From contig DATMJE010000060.1 in NCBI GenBank assembly GCA_035553995.1, positions 6,373 to 70,372 of the forward strand: a DNA stretch of 64,000 nucleotides, read 5' to 3'. The notes under the pieces are model-generated. The model made no database searches. It worked only from the letters and a program-made list of their open reading frames with translations, and was not told the origin of the DNA. Source of the DNA: Usitatibacter sp. (GTDB taxonomy: Bacteria; Pseudomonadota; Gammaproteobacteria; Burkholderiales; Usitatibacteraceae). Below, piece after piece: positions 1-7,667 of this stretch. The stretch's first letter is position 1, and every line of letters starts with the position of its first letter. A program made the translations under genes and the position numbers.

Positions 1-2
1 CC

Positions 3-254
3 TGCACGCCGGTGCTGCAGATGCTCTCGGGCGAGGCGGCGTTGCCCGAGATCCGCTTCACGGTCGAGCTGGTCGCGCATTTCAAGGCGGCGGAGATGTC
101 GGTCGTGGATGGGCGGCTCGCGAGCGTGGCGCCGGGCAGCGCCTCGGTGGTGGCACGCGTGAAATGCGGCAACACGACGCTCGCGGAGAAGACCACGCCG
201 AACGCGCGCCTCTCGTCCACCATCCGGCTCGATCCCGCGCTCGAGATCGGGTAG
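3..254 (+). CDS. hypothetical protein, C-terminal fragment (5' end outside window)
   Basis: Frame is open from the window edge to TAG at 252-254. G/C preference at codon position 3 is strong, as in the clearly real genes here. No family recognised by eye. Confidence 0.45.
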   Translation, partial: CTPVLQMLSGEAALPEIRFTVELVAHFKAAEMSVVDGRLASVAPGSASVVARVKCGNTTLAEKTTPNARLSSTIRLDPALEIG

Positions 255-263
255 TCCCGAGGC

Positions 264-1178
264 TCAGCCCTCGCTGCCCTCGAGCGACGCCGAGTCGAAG
301 AAGATGCGGCGGATGCGCGGGTATTTGTCCTGGATGGCCTTCTTCACGCGCGTCACGGCGCCGCGCACGTCGATCGTGTCGCCCGAGCGGAAGCGCACCT
401 CGACCACGAGCAGCACCTCGTCGGGCCCGAGGTACATCGTGAGCAGCTCGCCCACGTGGACGATGGAAGAATCGCCGGCAACGATGCCGCGGATCGCGCG
501 CAGCGTGCGCGGCTCCACGCCTTCGCCGACGATCAGCTTGCGGCTTTCGTTCACCATCACGCCCGCCACCCCGCAGAGCAGCACGCCGATGAGGATCGAA
601 GCCGCGCCATCGGCCCACTCGATGCCGAGCGAGGTGGATACCCAGACGCCCACGAATGCGAGCAGGATTCCCGCGAGCGCCGCCGAATCCTCGAGCAGCA
701 CGGCGAAGGTCGTGGGGTCCTTGCTCACGATGACGGTCTCGACGACGCCGCGGCCGCGCCGCTCGGCGCGAAACGCCTTCCAGCCGAAGAACCACGACAC
801 GCCCTCGAAGAACGCGGACGCGGCGAGCACGATGTAGCTCCACTTCGGCTCGCCCAGGTCCGCGGGATCGACGACGTGGCGCCAGCCGCTCACGATCGAC
901 ATGCCGCCGCCGAGGCCGAAGATGAGCACGCCCACGATGACCGACCAGAAGTACAGCTCGTGCCCGTGGCCGAACGGGTGCGCCTCGTCCGGCGGCAGCT
1001 TGCTGCGGTGCATGCCGTAGAGCATGAGGCCGCCGTTGCCCGTGTCCACGAGCGAATGGATCGCCTCCGAAAGCATGGCGGCGCTTCCGGTGATCGCGGC
1101 GGCGCCGAGCTTCGAGACGGCGATCGCGACGTTGCCCGCGATCGCCGCGATCACCGAGGACCTGGATTCCTCCGCCAC
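264..1178 (-). CDS. cation diffusion facilitator (CDF) family metal efflux transporter
   Basis: 304-aa ORF with GTG start. Has the TGSAAMLSEAIHSLVDTGN motif, multiple TM helices and the C-terminal cytoplasmic domain typical of CzcD/FieF-like CDF proteins. Confidence 0.9.
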   Translation of the reverse strand: MAEESRSSVIAAIAGNVAIAVSKLGAAAITGSAAMLSEAIHSLVDTGNGGLMLYGMHRSKLPPDEAHPFGHGHELYFWSVIVGVLIFGLGGGMSIVSGWRHVVDPADLGEPKWSYIVLAASAFFEGVSWFFGWKAFRAERRGRGVVETVIVSKDPTTFAVLLEDSAALAGILLAFVGVWVSTSLGIEWADGAASILIGVLLCGVAGVMVNESRKLIVGEGVEPRTLRAIRGIVAGDSSIVHVGELLTMYLGPDEVLLVVEVRFRSGDTIDVRGAVTRVKKAIQDKYPRIRRIFFDSASLEGSEG

Positions 1179-1191
1179 GGCCGCGCGACGA

Positions 1192-1356
1192 TCAGATGTG
1201 CAGGTATCCCAGCAGGAAGAGCACGATGAGGATCACGAGCACCAGGCCCAGCCCGCCGCTCGGGCCGTAGCCCCAGCCACGGCTATGCGGCCACGCGGGC
1301 ACGGCGCCCAGCAGCAGGAGCACGATGACGATCAGCAGTATCAGTCCGAGAGACAT
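1192..1356 (-). CDS. DUF3309 family small membrane protein
   Basis: 54-aa two-TM peptide MSLGLILL...GAVPAWPHSRGWGYGPSGGLG (WPxSRxWGYxPS signature). AAGGAG Shine-Dalgarno lies 7 nt upstream of the ATG (complement of 1354-1356). The 120-aa track ORF is trimmed to this start. Confidence 0.8.
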   Translation of the reverse strand: MSLGLILLIVIVLLLLGAVPAWPHSRGWGYGPSGGLGLVLVILIVLFLLGYLHI

Positions 1357-1475
1357 GCGGTTTCTCCTTGGTTCGCGTTGTGGTAGGGCTTGGACGCCCC
1401 CTGCGATGGCCATGTTGCCGACGAAAACCGCATTGCGGTGTAGGACGCCGCCGTGATCGCGACGCGCGCGCGGGC

Positions 1476-1634
1476 TCAGATCCGGTGGATGAACCAGAGG
1501 TAGCCGACGAGCAGCATCATGACGGACAGTGCGGCCGAGGGCGCATAGCCCCACTCCCGGCTATGCGGCCAGAAAGGCAATGCACCGACGACCATGCCGG
1601 CCACGACGGCAAGGAGAATCAATCCGGGTGACAA
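1476..1634 (-). CDS. DUF3309-like small membrane protein (paralog, TTG start, absent from the ORF track)
   Basis: Hand translation of the minus strand gives (M)SPGLILLAVVAGMVVGALPFWPHSREWGYAPSAALSVMMLLVGYLWFIHRI*. It has the same GA(L/V)PxWPHSRxWGYxPS core as the gene at 1192-1356. In-frame TTG at complement 1632-1634 and TGA at complement 1476-1478. At 52 aa it is below the track length cut-off. Confidence 0.6.
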   Translation of the reverse strand: MSPGLILLAVVAGMVVGALPFWPHSREWGYAPSAALSVMMLLVGYLWFIHRI

Positions 1635-1730
1635 CGTCTCTTCTCAGCGAGTCGAAATTATTTGTGTTGTTGGACAACGGTGTTCGGGGGCGCGCAGTCT
1701 CTCCAGTGCGCATTCAACTGTAGGAGCGGA

Positions 1731-2675
1731 TCATTCCGGATTGATTCCGCGCTCCTTCATCAGGCGGGTCCATTTGTCCATCTCCGAATGGACGAAGCGC
1801 CCGAACTGCTCCGGCGTATCGCCCGAAGGCTCCGCGCCCGCGGCGAGCATCCTGCGCTTCACCCCGGGATCGGCCAGCACCTGGTTGGCATCGGCGGAAA
1901 TGCGCGCGACCAGCTCCTTCGGCGTGGCCGCCGGCGCGAAGAGGCCGAACCAGCCGATCGCCTCGTAGCCCGGCACGCCGGCTTCCGCCACGGTGGGCAG
2001 GTTCGGCAGCGCGTCGAAGCGCTTGGCGCTCGTGACCGCGAGCGCCTTGAGGCGCCCCGCCTGCACGTGCTGCATCACCGTTTCCGCGGGCGAGAACATG
2101 ACGTCGATCTGCCCGCCGAGCAGATCCGTCACCGCCTGCCCCGTGCCCTTGTACGGCACGTGCAGCATCTCGACGTGGGCCATCGACTTGAAGAGCTCCG
2201 CGGCGAGATGCGAGGCGGCACCGGTTCCGGACGAGCCGAACGTGAGCTTGCCCGGGTTGCGGCGCGCGTATTCGATGAGCTCGCGGATGCTCGCGACCGG
2301 CACCTTCGCGTTCACGACCACCACGTAAGGCGATGCCGAGACGAGCGTGACCGGTGCGAACCGCCCGACGTTCTTCGCGGTGATGCCGGCGGTGGAGCTC
2401 ATGAGCAGCGTGTGGCCGTCGGCCTTCGACTGCGCCACATAATCGCCGCCGATGGCGCCGGCGGCGCCCGCCCTGTTCTCGACGATGATGGGCTGCTTCC
2501 ACCGCGCGCCGAGCTCGGGCTGCATGATGCGCGCAAGCGCATCGGTGCCGCCGCCGGGCGGGAACGGCACGACGACCGTCACGGGACGATCCGGGAACGA
2601 CTCTGCGAGGCACGTGCCGGCGATGCATATTGCGGCGAGCGCCAGTGCGGCGCGGGCGAAACGGTGGATCCTCAT
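1731..2675 (-). CDS. Bug-family (TctC-like) tripartite tricarboxylate transporter substrate-binding protein
   Basis: Signal peptide followed by FPDRPVTVVVPFPPGGGTD and VENRAGAAG motifs typical of the Bug/TctC family. Start chosen at MRIHRF; its ATG overlaps the stop of the upstream gene (ATGA at 2672-2675). Confidence 0.9.
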   Translation of the reverse strand: MRIHRFARAALALAAICIAGTCLAESFPDRPVTVVVPFPPGGGTDALARIMQPELGARWKQPIIVENRAGAAGAIGGDYVAQSKADGHTLLMSSTAGITAKNVGRFAPVTLVSASPYVVVVNAKVPVASIRELIEYARRNPGKLTFGSSGTGAASHLAAELFKSMAHVEMLHVPYKGTGQAVTDLLGGQIDVMFSPAETVMQHVQAGRLKALAVTSAKRFDALPNLPTVAEAGVPGYEAIGWFGLFAPAATPKELVARISADANQVLADPGVKRRMLAAGAEPSGDTPEQFGRFVHSEMDKWTRLMKERGINPE

Positions 2676-3616
2676 GCAGCTCCGTCGGGGGCGACGATGG
2701 TCGTCCTCAACGTGGTGATGCCTTCTATGGAGCAATCGACCACGTCGCCCGGCTTCAGGTACAAGTCATTGGCGTTGGGTTTCCCGGCGGCCACGCCGCC
2801 GGGTGCGCCGGTCGCGAACATGTCGCCCGGCTCGAGCGGGATGGTACGCGAGAAATGCGCGAGGATGTCGTTCATCTTCCAGATCTGTTCGCGGGTGTTA
2901 ACGCGCATGCGCTGCTCGCCGTTCACGCTGCACGCCATCCACAGGTCGTAAGGGTCGCCCACCTCGTCGAGCGTCACGATCTCGGGGCCGACGGGACCGA
3001 AGCCTGGCGCGTTCTTCGACGTCCAGAAGCGCGAGCCGGACGCCACCTCGCGCTTCTGCATGTCGCGGTCGGTGAGGTCGTTGAGCACCGTCACGCCCAC
3101 CACATAGGGGCGCCAGTCGTCGCCCTTGCCCACGCCGAGCGCGCGCCGCCCGATCACGAACACCAGCTCGGGCTCGTAGTCGAGATGCTCCACCGCGGCG
3201 GGCTTCGCCACCTTCTCGCGATGGCCCGTGAGGCACGAGTGGATCTTCACGAAGCCGGTGACTTCCTGCGGCATCTCGCGGATGAGGTCGTTCTTCCTCA
3301 GCTCCTCGAGATGCGCGCGATAGTTCTTGCCCACGCAGAGGAACTTGTCGAGATCGGGCACGGGCGGCAGGTAGCGGATGGTGCGCTCGTCCGCGAATGC
3401 GGCGGCGAAGCGCTTCGCGTCGCTCTCGGCGGCGCGCACCACCTCGCGCAGCGCGCCCATGCCGAGGTCGCCCGCGGCGAGCAGGCCCTTCATGGTGCCG
3501 GCCACATGGCGGCCCGCGGTGGTGGCGGCGGCCTGCACGTCGAGCACGCGCTCGCCCAGGCGCACGCCAATGCGGGGGGCGGCCGACGCCGTGGGGGCGT
3601 AGGTGAGCAGTCTCAC
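2672..3616 (-). CDS. fumarylacetoacetate hydrolase (FAH) family protein
   Basis: 314 aa. C-terminal FAH fold motifs (DYEPELVFVIG, VLNDLTDRD, GDMFATGAPGG). Confidence 0.9.
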   Translation of the reverse strand: MRLLTYAPTASAAPRIGVRLGERVLDVQAAATTAGRHVAGTMKGLLAAGDLGMGALREVVRAAESDAKRFAAAFADERTIRYLPPVPDLDKFLCVGKNYRAHLEELRKNDLIREMPQEVTGFVKIHSCLTGHREKVAKPAAVEHLDYEPELVFVIGRRALGVGKGDDWRPYVVGVTVLNDLTDRDMQKREVASGSRFWTSKNAPGFGPVGPEIVTLDEVGDPYDLWMACSVNGEQRMRVNTREQIWKMNDILAHFSRTIPLEPGDMFATGAPGGVAAGKPNANDLYLKPGDVVDCSIEGITTLRTTIVAPDGAA

Positions 3617-3682
3617 GGTGGATTCCTTCGAGGTGGCGCGGAACGGAATTCTAGGACACGCGCCAGCGCGCGCCGTTCGCCG

Positions 3683-4633
3683 TCAACGGCTCGCCCGATC
3701 GAGCTCCGCGAGCGCTTCCGCATCGAGCTCGAGCCGCACCGCAGCGGCGATCTCGTCCACCTGCGCCACCGAGGTCGCGCTCACGATGGGTGCCGCGATG
3801 GAGGGCTGCGCCATCAGCCACGCGAGCGACACCTGTGCCGGCGTGGCTCCCACGCGTTGCGCAACCTTGTCGAGCGCCGCGAGGATGCGCGGTCCACGCT
3901 CGCCCTCGAAATATTTCCTGAGGCCCGCCGCGCGCGGACGGCCTTCGATGTCCGCGGCCTTGCGGTACTTCCCGGAAAGGAAACCCTTCGCGAGCCCGAA
4001 GAACGGAATCACGGCGAGGCTATGTTCGAGCGCGAGCGGCTGGTAGGTGCGCTCGAAATGCTCGCGGTCGTAGAGGTTGTACTCCGGCTGCAGCGTGTCG
4101 TAGCGGGGGATCCCGAGGCGCGCGCTCGCCTCGAGCGACTCGCGCAGCCGCGCGGGCTCGTACTGCGAGGCGCCGATCGCGCGCACCTTGCCCGCCTTGA
4201 CCAGCGCCGCGAGCGCCTCGAGCGTTTCCTCGACCGGCGTGGCCGTATCGTCCTTGTGCGTCTGGTAGAGATCGATGCGATCGGTCTGCAGCCGCCGCAA
4301 CGACCCTTCCACGTGCCGCTCGATCTGTGCCGCCTCGAGCCCGGCGGCGTCGCCCATGGCCGCCATGCCGACCTTGGTCGCGATCACCACGGCATCGCGC
4401 CGTCCGGAGCGCTTGAGCCACTTGCCGATGATCGTCTCCGACTCGCCGCCCTCGTGCCCGGGCACCCAGGTCGAGTAACTGTTCGCGGTGTCGATGAGGC
4501 CGAGTCCCGCATCGACGAAGCGGTCGAGGATGGCGAAGGAGGTGGCCTCGTCCGCGGTCCAGCCGAAGACGTTGCCGCCGAGCGCCAGCGGCGCCACATC
4601 GAGGCCGGAGCGGCCGAGGGGTCGTTTTTGCAT
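3683..4633 (-). CDS. aldo/keto reductase
   Basis: 316 aa. LGRSGLDVAPLALGGNVFG and IDTANSY motifs of the AKR superfamily. Confidence 0.9.
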   Translation of the reverse strand: MQKRPLGRSGLDVAPLALGGNVFGWTADEATSFAILDRFVDAGLGLIDTANSYSTWVPGHEGGESETIIGKWLKRSGRRDAVVIATKVGMAAMGDAAGLEAAQIERHVEGSLRRLQTDRIDLYQTHKDDTATPVEETLEALAALVKAGKVRAIGASQYEPARLRESLEASARLGIPRYDTLQPEYNLYDREHFERTYQPLALEHSLAVIPFFGLAKGFLSGKYRKAADIEGRPRAAGLRKYFEGERGPRILAALDKVAQRVGATPAQVSLAWLMAQPSIAAPIVSATSVAQVDEIAAAVRLELDAEALAELDRASR

Positions 4634-4804
4634 GGCCGCATTATGCCGTGTGGCTTACGAGTGTCGGCGGTTCACCGACCCTGCGGGCCGCCCCGGGCCC
4701 ACGCCGCCGAGCGGCGCCATTCCCTTGAGTCCGGCGCAGGGATGGCGCATGCTGGAATCGAGACAGCCGCGAATACCGCGAACAAGGCGCGTCAGGCGAG
4801 GAAC

Positions 4805-4838
4805 GGGAGCGCTGCCCGGCAGCGCTCCCGCTTTTTTT
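4805..4838 (+). terminator. intrinsic terminator-like hairpin oriented for the + strand
   Basis: Perfect 10-bp stem GGGAGCGCTG/CAGCGCTCCC (4805-4814 / 4820-4829) with a 5-nt loop, then GC plus T7 (4832-4838). Both flanking genes are on the minus strand, where no U-tract would follow the stem. Confidence 0.6.
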
Positions 4839-4843
4839 GGAGC

Positions 4844-6271
4844 TTACTGTGCGGCCCCCAGCCGCGCCTTCGCCTCGTCGCACTGCCGCCGGAAGACCGT
4901 GAGCCGCGGATCGTGCTGCTCTTCGGCCATCGCCACCGCTTGCGTGCAGCTCCCCACGGCCTCGGGCACGCGGCCGGCGACGAGGTACGCCTCGGCAAGG
5001 CTGTCGTAGACGTTGGGCGATTCGGGATGCATGCGCGCGTTGAAGGCGAAGATGGCGATCGCATCGTCGCTGTGGCGCTGGAGGAGCACGCGATAAGCCA
5101 CGGCGTTCACGTCCTGCTCCGTGCCGCCGAGCACCCGCGCGCGATCGAGCGCCGCATCGACGCCCGCGTGGCGCCAGGCAAGATACATCGCACGCCGCGG
5201 CGACGGCGCGGGCACCGCATGGCGTGATGGCTCGAGCAGCCACGCCCCCAGCGAGCTCACCTGCGTGCCGGTGAAATTGGCCAGCACGACGATCGCGCGC
5301 TGCCGTTGCGGATCGACGTGCAGGTAGCTCGTATAGCCGAACGTGGCGCCCTGGTGAGCCACTGCACCGCCATGCGGCTCGACGCCCCATCCCAGTCCCC
5401 AATAGCGTCCCGTCCCGTCGATCGGCCGCCGGGGAATGCGCGCCTCGCGCAGCGCACGATCGATCGGCGCGTCGCCATCGCGCAGGTTTGCCGCGGCGAA
5501 ACGCAGCAGGTCGTTCACCGAGGAACGCAGCCCCGTCGCGGGCTCCAGCGCCGGCACGATGAAGTCGGCACTCTCGTCGCCCAGGTCGTCGTGGCCCTGC
5601 GTGTCCTTCGCGATCAGCGTGCCGGTCGCGGTGAGATCGAGCGGGGCGAGCACGCGCTCGCGCAGCAATGCGTCGTACGGACGGCCCGCCCGATGCGCGA
5701 GCGCATGGCCCAGCAGCGCGAAGAGATTGGAGTATTCGTCGCGCGTGCCGGGATCGCGCGGCAGCGAATAGCCCGCGAGGAATGCGTACAGGTCCGCCGT
5801 GGTGTAGCTCGCATAGGCGCGCGGGGTGTTGCCGAGGTTCGGCGGGTCGCGGGGCAGGGCGGAGGTGTGCGTGGCCATGTCCAGCAGCGTGATCGCGCGC
5901 CAGGGCGGCCCCGGCACGTGCACGCCTTCGGGCAGGTAGCGCTGCAGCGGATCGTCGAGCGCCACTTCCCCGCGCGCCGCCATGTCCGCGAGCAGCACAC
6001 CGGTGAAGACCTTCGTGAGCGAGCCGATCTCGAAGACGCTGTCGGCACCGAGCTTCGCATCGCCCACGCCCGTACCGCCACAGGCGACCACACGCGGTGG
6101 CATGCCGGCCTCGAGGATGCCCACCACGATGCCGATCTCGCCGTCGCAACCGACGACCTCGCCCAGCATCGCGGCGACCTGCGGGCTGGAAGGAATCGGC
6201 CCGGGCGCACGAGGCGCGGCTGCGCAACCCGCGAGCGTTGCGCACATCGCGAAAAGCGCACATGCCCTCAT
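4844..6271 (-). CDS. serine hydrolase (class C beta-lactamase/PBP family) lipoprotein with TPR-like C-terminal extension
   Basis: Lipobox MCATLAGC and S-x-x-K motif FEIGSLTKVF. The C-terminal ~90 aa are helical and TPR-like. Start at MRACALF, whose ATG overlaps the upstream stop (ATGA at 6268-6271). Confidence 0.85.
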   Translation of the reverse strand: MRACALFAMCATLAGCAAAPRAPGPIPSSPQVAAMLGEVVGCDGEIGIVVGILEAGMPPRVVACGGTGVGDAKLGADSVFEIGSLTKVFTGVLLADMAARGEVALDDPLQRYLPEGVHVPGPPWRAITLLDMATHTSALPRDPPNLGNTPRAYASYTTADLYAFLAGYSLPRDPGTRDEYSNLFALLGHALAHRAGRPYDALLRERVLAPLDLTATGTLIAKDTQGHDDLGDESADFIVPALEPATGLRSSVNDLLRFAAANLRDGDAPIDRALREARIPRRPIDGTGRYWGLGWGVEPHGGAVAHQGATFGYTSYLHVDPQRQRAIVVLANFTGTQVSSLGAWLLEPSRHAVPAPSPRRAMYLAWRHAGVDAALDRARVLGGTEQDVNAVAYRVLLQRHSDDAIAIFAFNARMHPESPNVYDSLAEAYLVAGRVPEAVGSCTQAVAMAEEQHDPRLTVFRRQCDEAKARLGAAQ

Positions 6272-6936
6272 CCCGCGTTCGCTGCCATCCACGCGGCCAG
6301 CCGGTCGAGCACATCCGAGCGCACCTGCGCGTCGGTGCGCCCGCTTTTCGCGGGGACGTGGAAGGAATGATCCGCGCCGTCGATCACCTCGAGCGCGGCG
6401 CGATCGCCGAGCCTCGCCACCACGGGACGCAGCAACGCAAGCTCGGCCAGCTCGTCGCGCGTGCCCTGCAGGAAGAGCATCGGCACGCGCACATCCTCGA
6501 GATGCTTCGCGCGATCATCGGACGGCTGTCCCGCCGGATGCAGCGGAAATCCCAGGAAGGCGATGCCGCGCACGTCCGGCAGCGGCGCCAGCGCCTGCGC
6601 CTGCGAGGTCATGCGCCCGCCGAAGGACTTGCCGCCGGCAAAAAGCGGCACGCCCGGGAGCCGTCGCGCGGCCTCCGCGACCGCGGCGCGCACCGCTGCA
6701 TGCGCCACCTTCGGCGTGTCGGGACGCTTCGATCCGCGTTGCATGGACGGGAAGTTGTAGCGCAGGGTCGCGATGCCGCGGCCGGCGAGCCCGGTCGCGA
6801 CTGCCGCCATGAAGGCGTGCGTCATGCCCGCACCCGCGCCGTGCGCGAGGACATAGCACGCAAGCGGTTGCGGCGGGAGGTCCAATAGCGCCGCGAGCGG
6901 CTCCGTGCCGTTGTCGATGGAAAGCTCTTCCGCCAT
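6268..6936 (-). CDS. alpha/beta hydrolase (dienelactone hydrolase-like)
   Basis: 222 aa from MAEELS. Nucleophile elbow GGKSFGG, and the AHGAGAGM and GADHSF motifs. The upstream part of track ORF 6268..7722 is a low-complexity artefact. Confidence 0.8.
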   Translation of the reverse strand: MAEELSIDNGTEPLAALLDLPPQPLACYVLAHGAGAGMTHAFMAAVATGLAGRGIATLRYNFPSMQRGSKRPDTPKVAHAAVRAAVAEAARRLPGVPLFAGGKSFGGRMTSQAQALAPLPDVRGIAFLGFPLHPAGQPSDDRAKHLEDVRVPMLFLQGTRDELAELALLRPVVARLGDRAALEVIDGADHSFHVPAKSGRTDAQVRSDVLDRLAAWMAANAG

Positions 6937-6944
6937 CGAATGGG

Positions 6945-7658
6945 TCAGGCCGCGGCCGCGAAACGCATCAGCGCCTGCGCATAAGCCGGGGCGGTGGGCT
7001 CGTGCATGAAGTACACGTACTTGTCCTGCCAGCCCGTGCCCGCGAGGCGCTTCGCCCATTGCTCGAGGTCCGCATCGCTGTATTCCTCGAGGCGCAACCG
7101 CACATAGCCCCAGGGCGCGGTCTCCACGAGGGGCGGCGGCGCATTGTCCTCGCGCTCGGAAAAGCACAGCGACGCGCCCGCGCCCTCCAGGGCGTCGTAA
7201 ACGTCGTCGGAGAACCACGAGTCGTTGCGGAATTCGAAGGCGGCGCGATGATCCGCGGGCAGGAGTGCCAGGAAACCGTGGAGGCGTGCGAGGTCCTTCT
7301 TGAGCAGCGGCGGGAGCTGGAAGAGAACCGGCCCGCGCTTCGGTCCCAGCGACGCCAGCGCCTGGTAGAGGAAGCCCACGGACTCCGCCACCGATTCGGG
7401 CTTGAGGCGCCCGATGTGCGTGATGCGTCGCGGCGACTTGATGGCGAAGCGGAAGTCGTCCGGCGTGCACTTCACCCAGTCCTCGAGCATCGAGGTGCGC
7501 GGCATGCGGTAGAACGTGTTGTTGATCTCGACCGTCGGCAGGCGCTGGGCGTAGAAGGGCAGCATCTCGTCCGGCTTCATCTTCTCCGGATAGAAGGTGC
7601 CCTTCCATTCCTTGAACGAATAGCCGCTCGCGCCGGCGAAGACCTTCGAGCCCGTCAT
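6945..7658 (-). CDS. DUF72 (YecE-like) domain protein
   Basis: 237 aa from MTGSKVFAGASGYSFKEWKGTFYP. VEINNTFYRMP and FEFRNDSW motifs are typical of DUF72. The remainder of the 1180-aa track ORF is antisense to ligD. Confidence 0.85.
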   Translation of the reverse strand: MTGSKVFAGASGYSFKEWKGTFYPEKMKPDEMLPFYAQRLPTVEINNTFYRMPRTSMLEDWVKCTPDDFRFAIKSPRRITHIGRLKPESVAESVGFLYQALASLGPKRGPVLFQLPPLLKKDLARLHGFLALLPADHRAAFEFRNDSWFSDDVYDALEGAGASLCFSEREDNAPPPLVETAPWGYVRLRLEEYSDADLEQWAKRLAGTGWQDKYVYFMHEPTAPAYAQALMRFAAAA

Positions 7659-7667
7659 AATTCCCCC

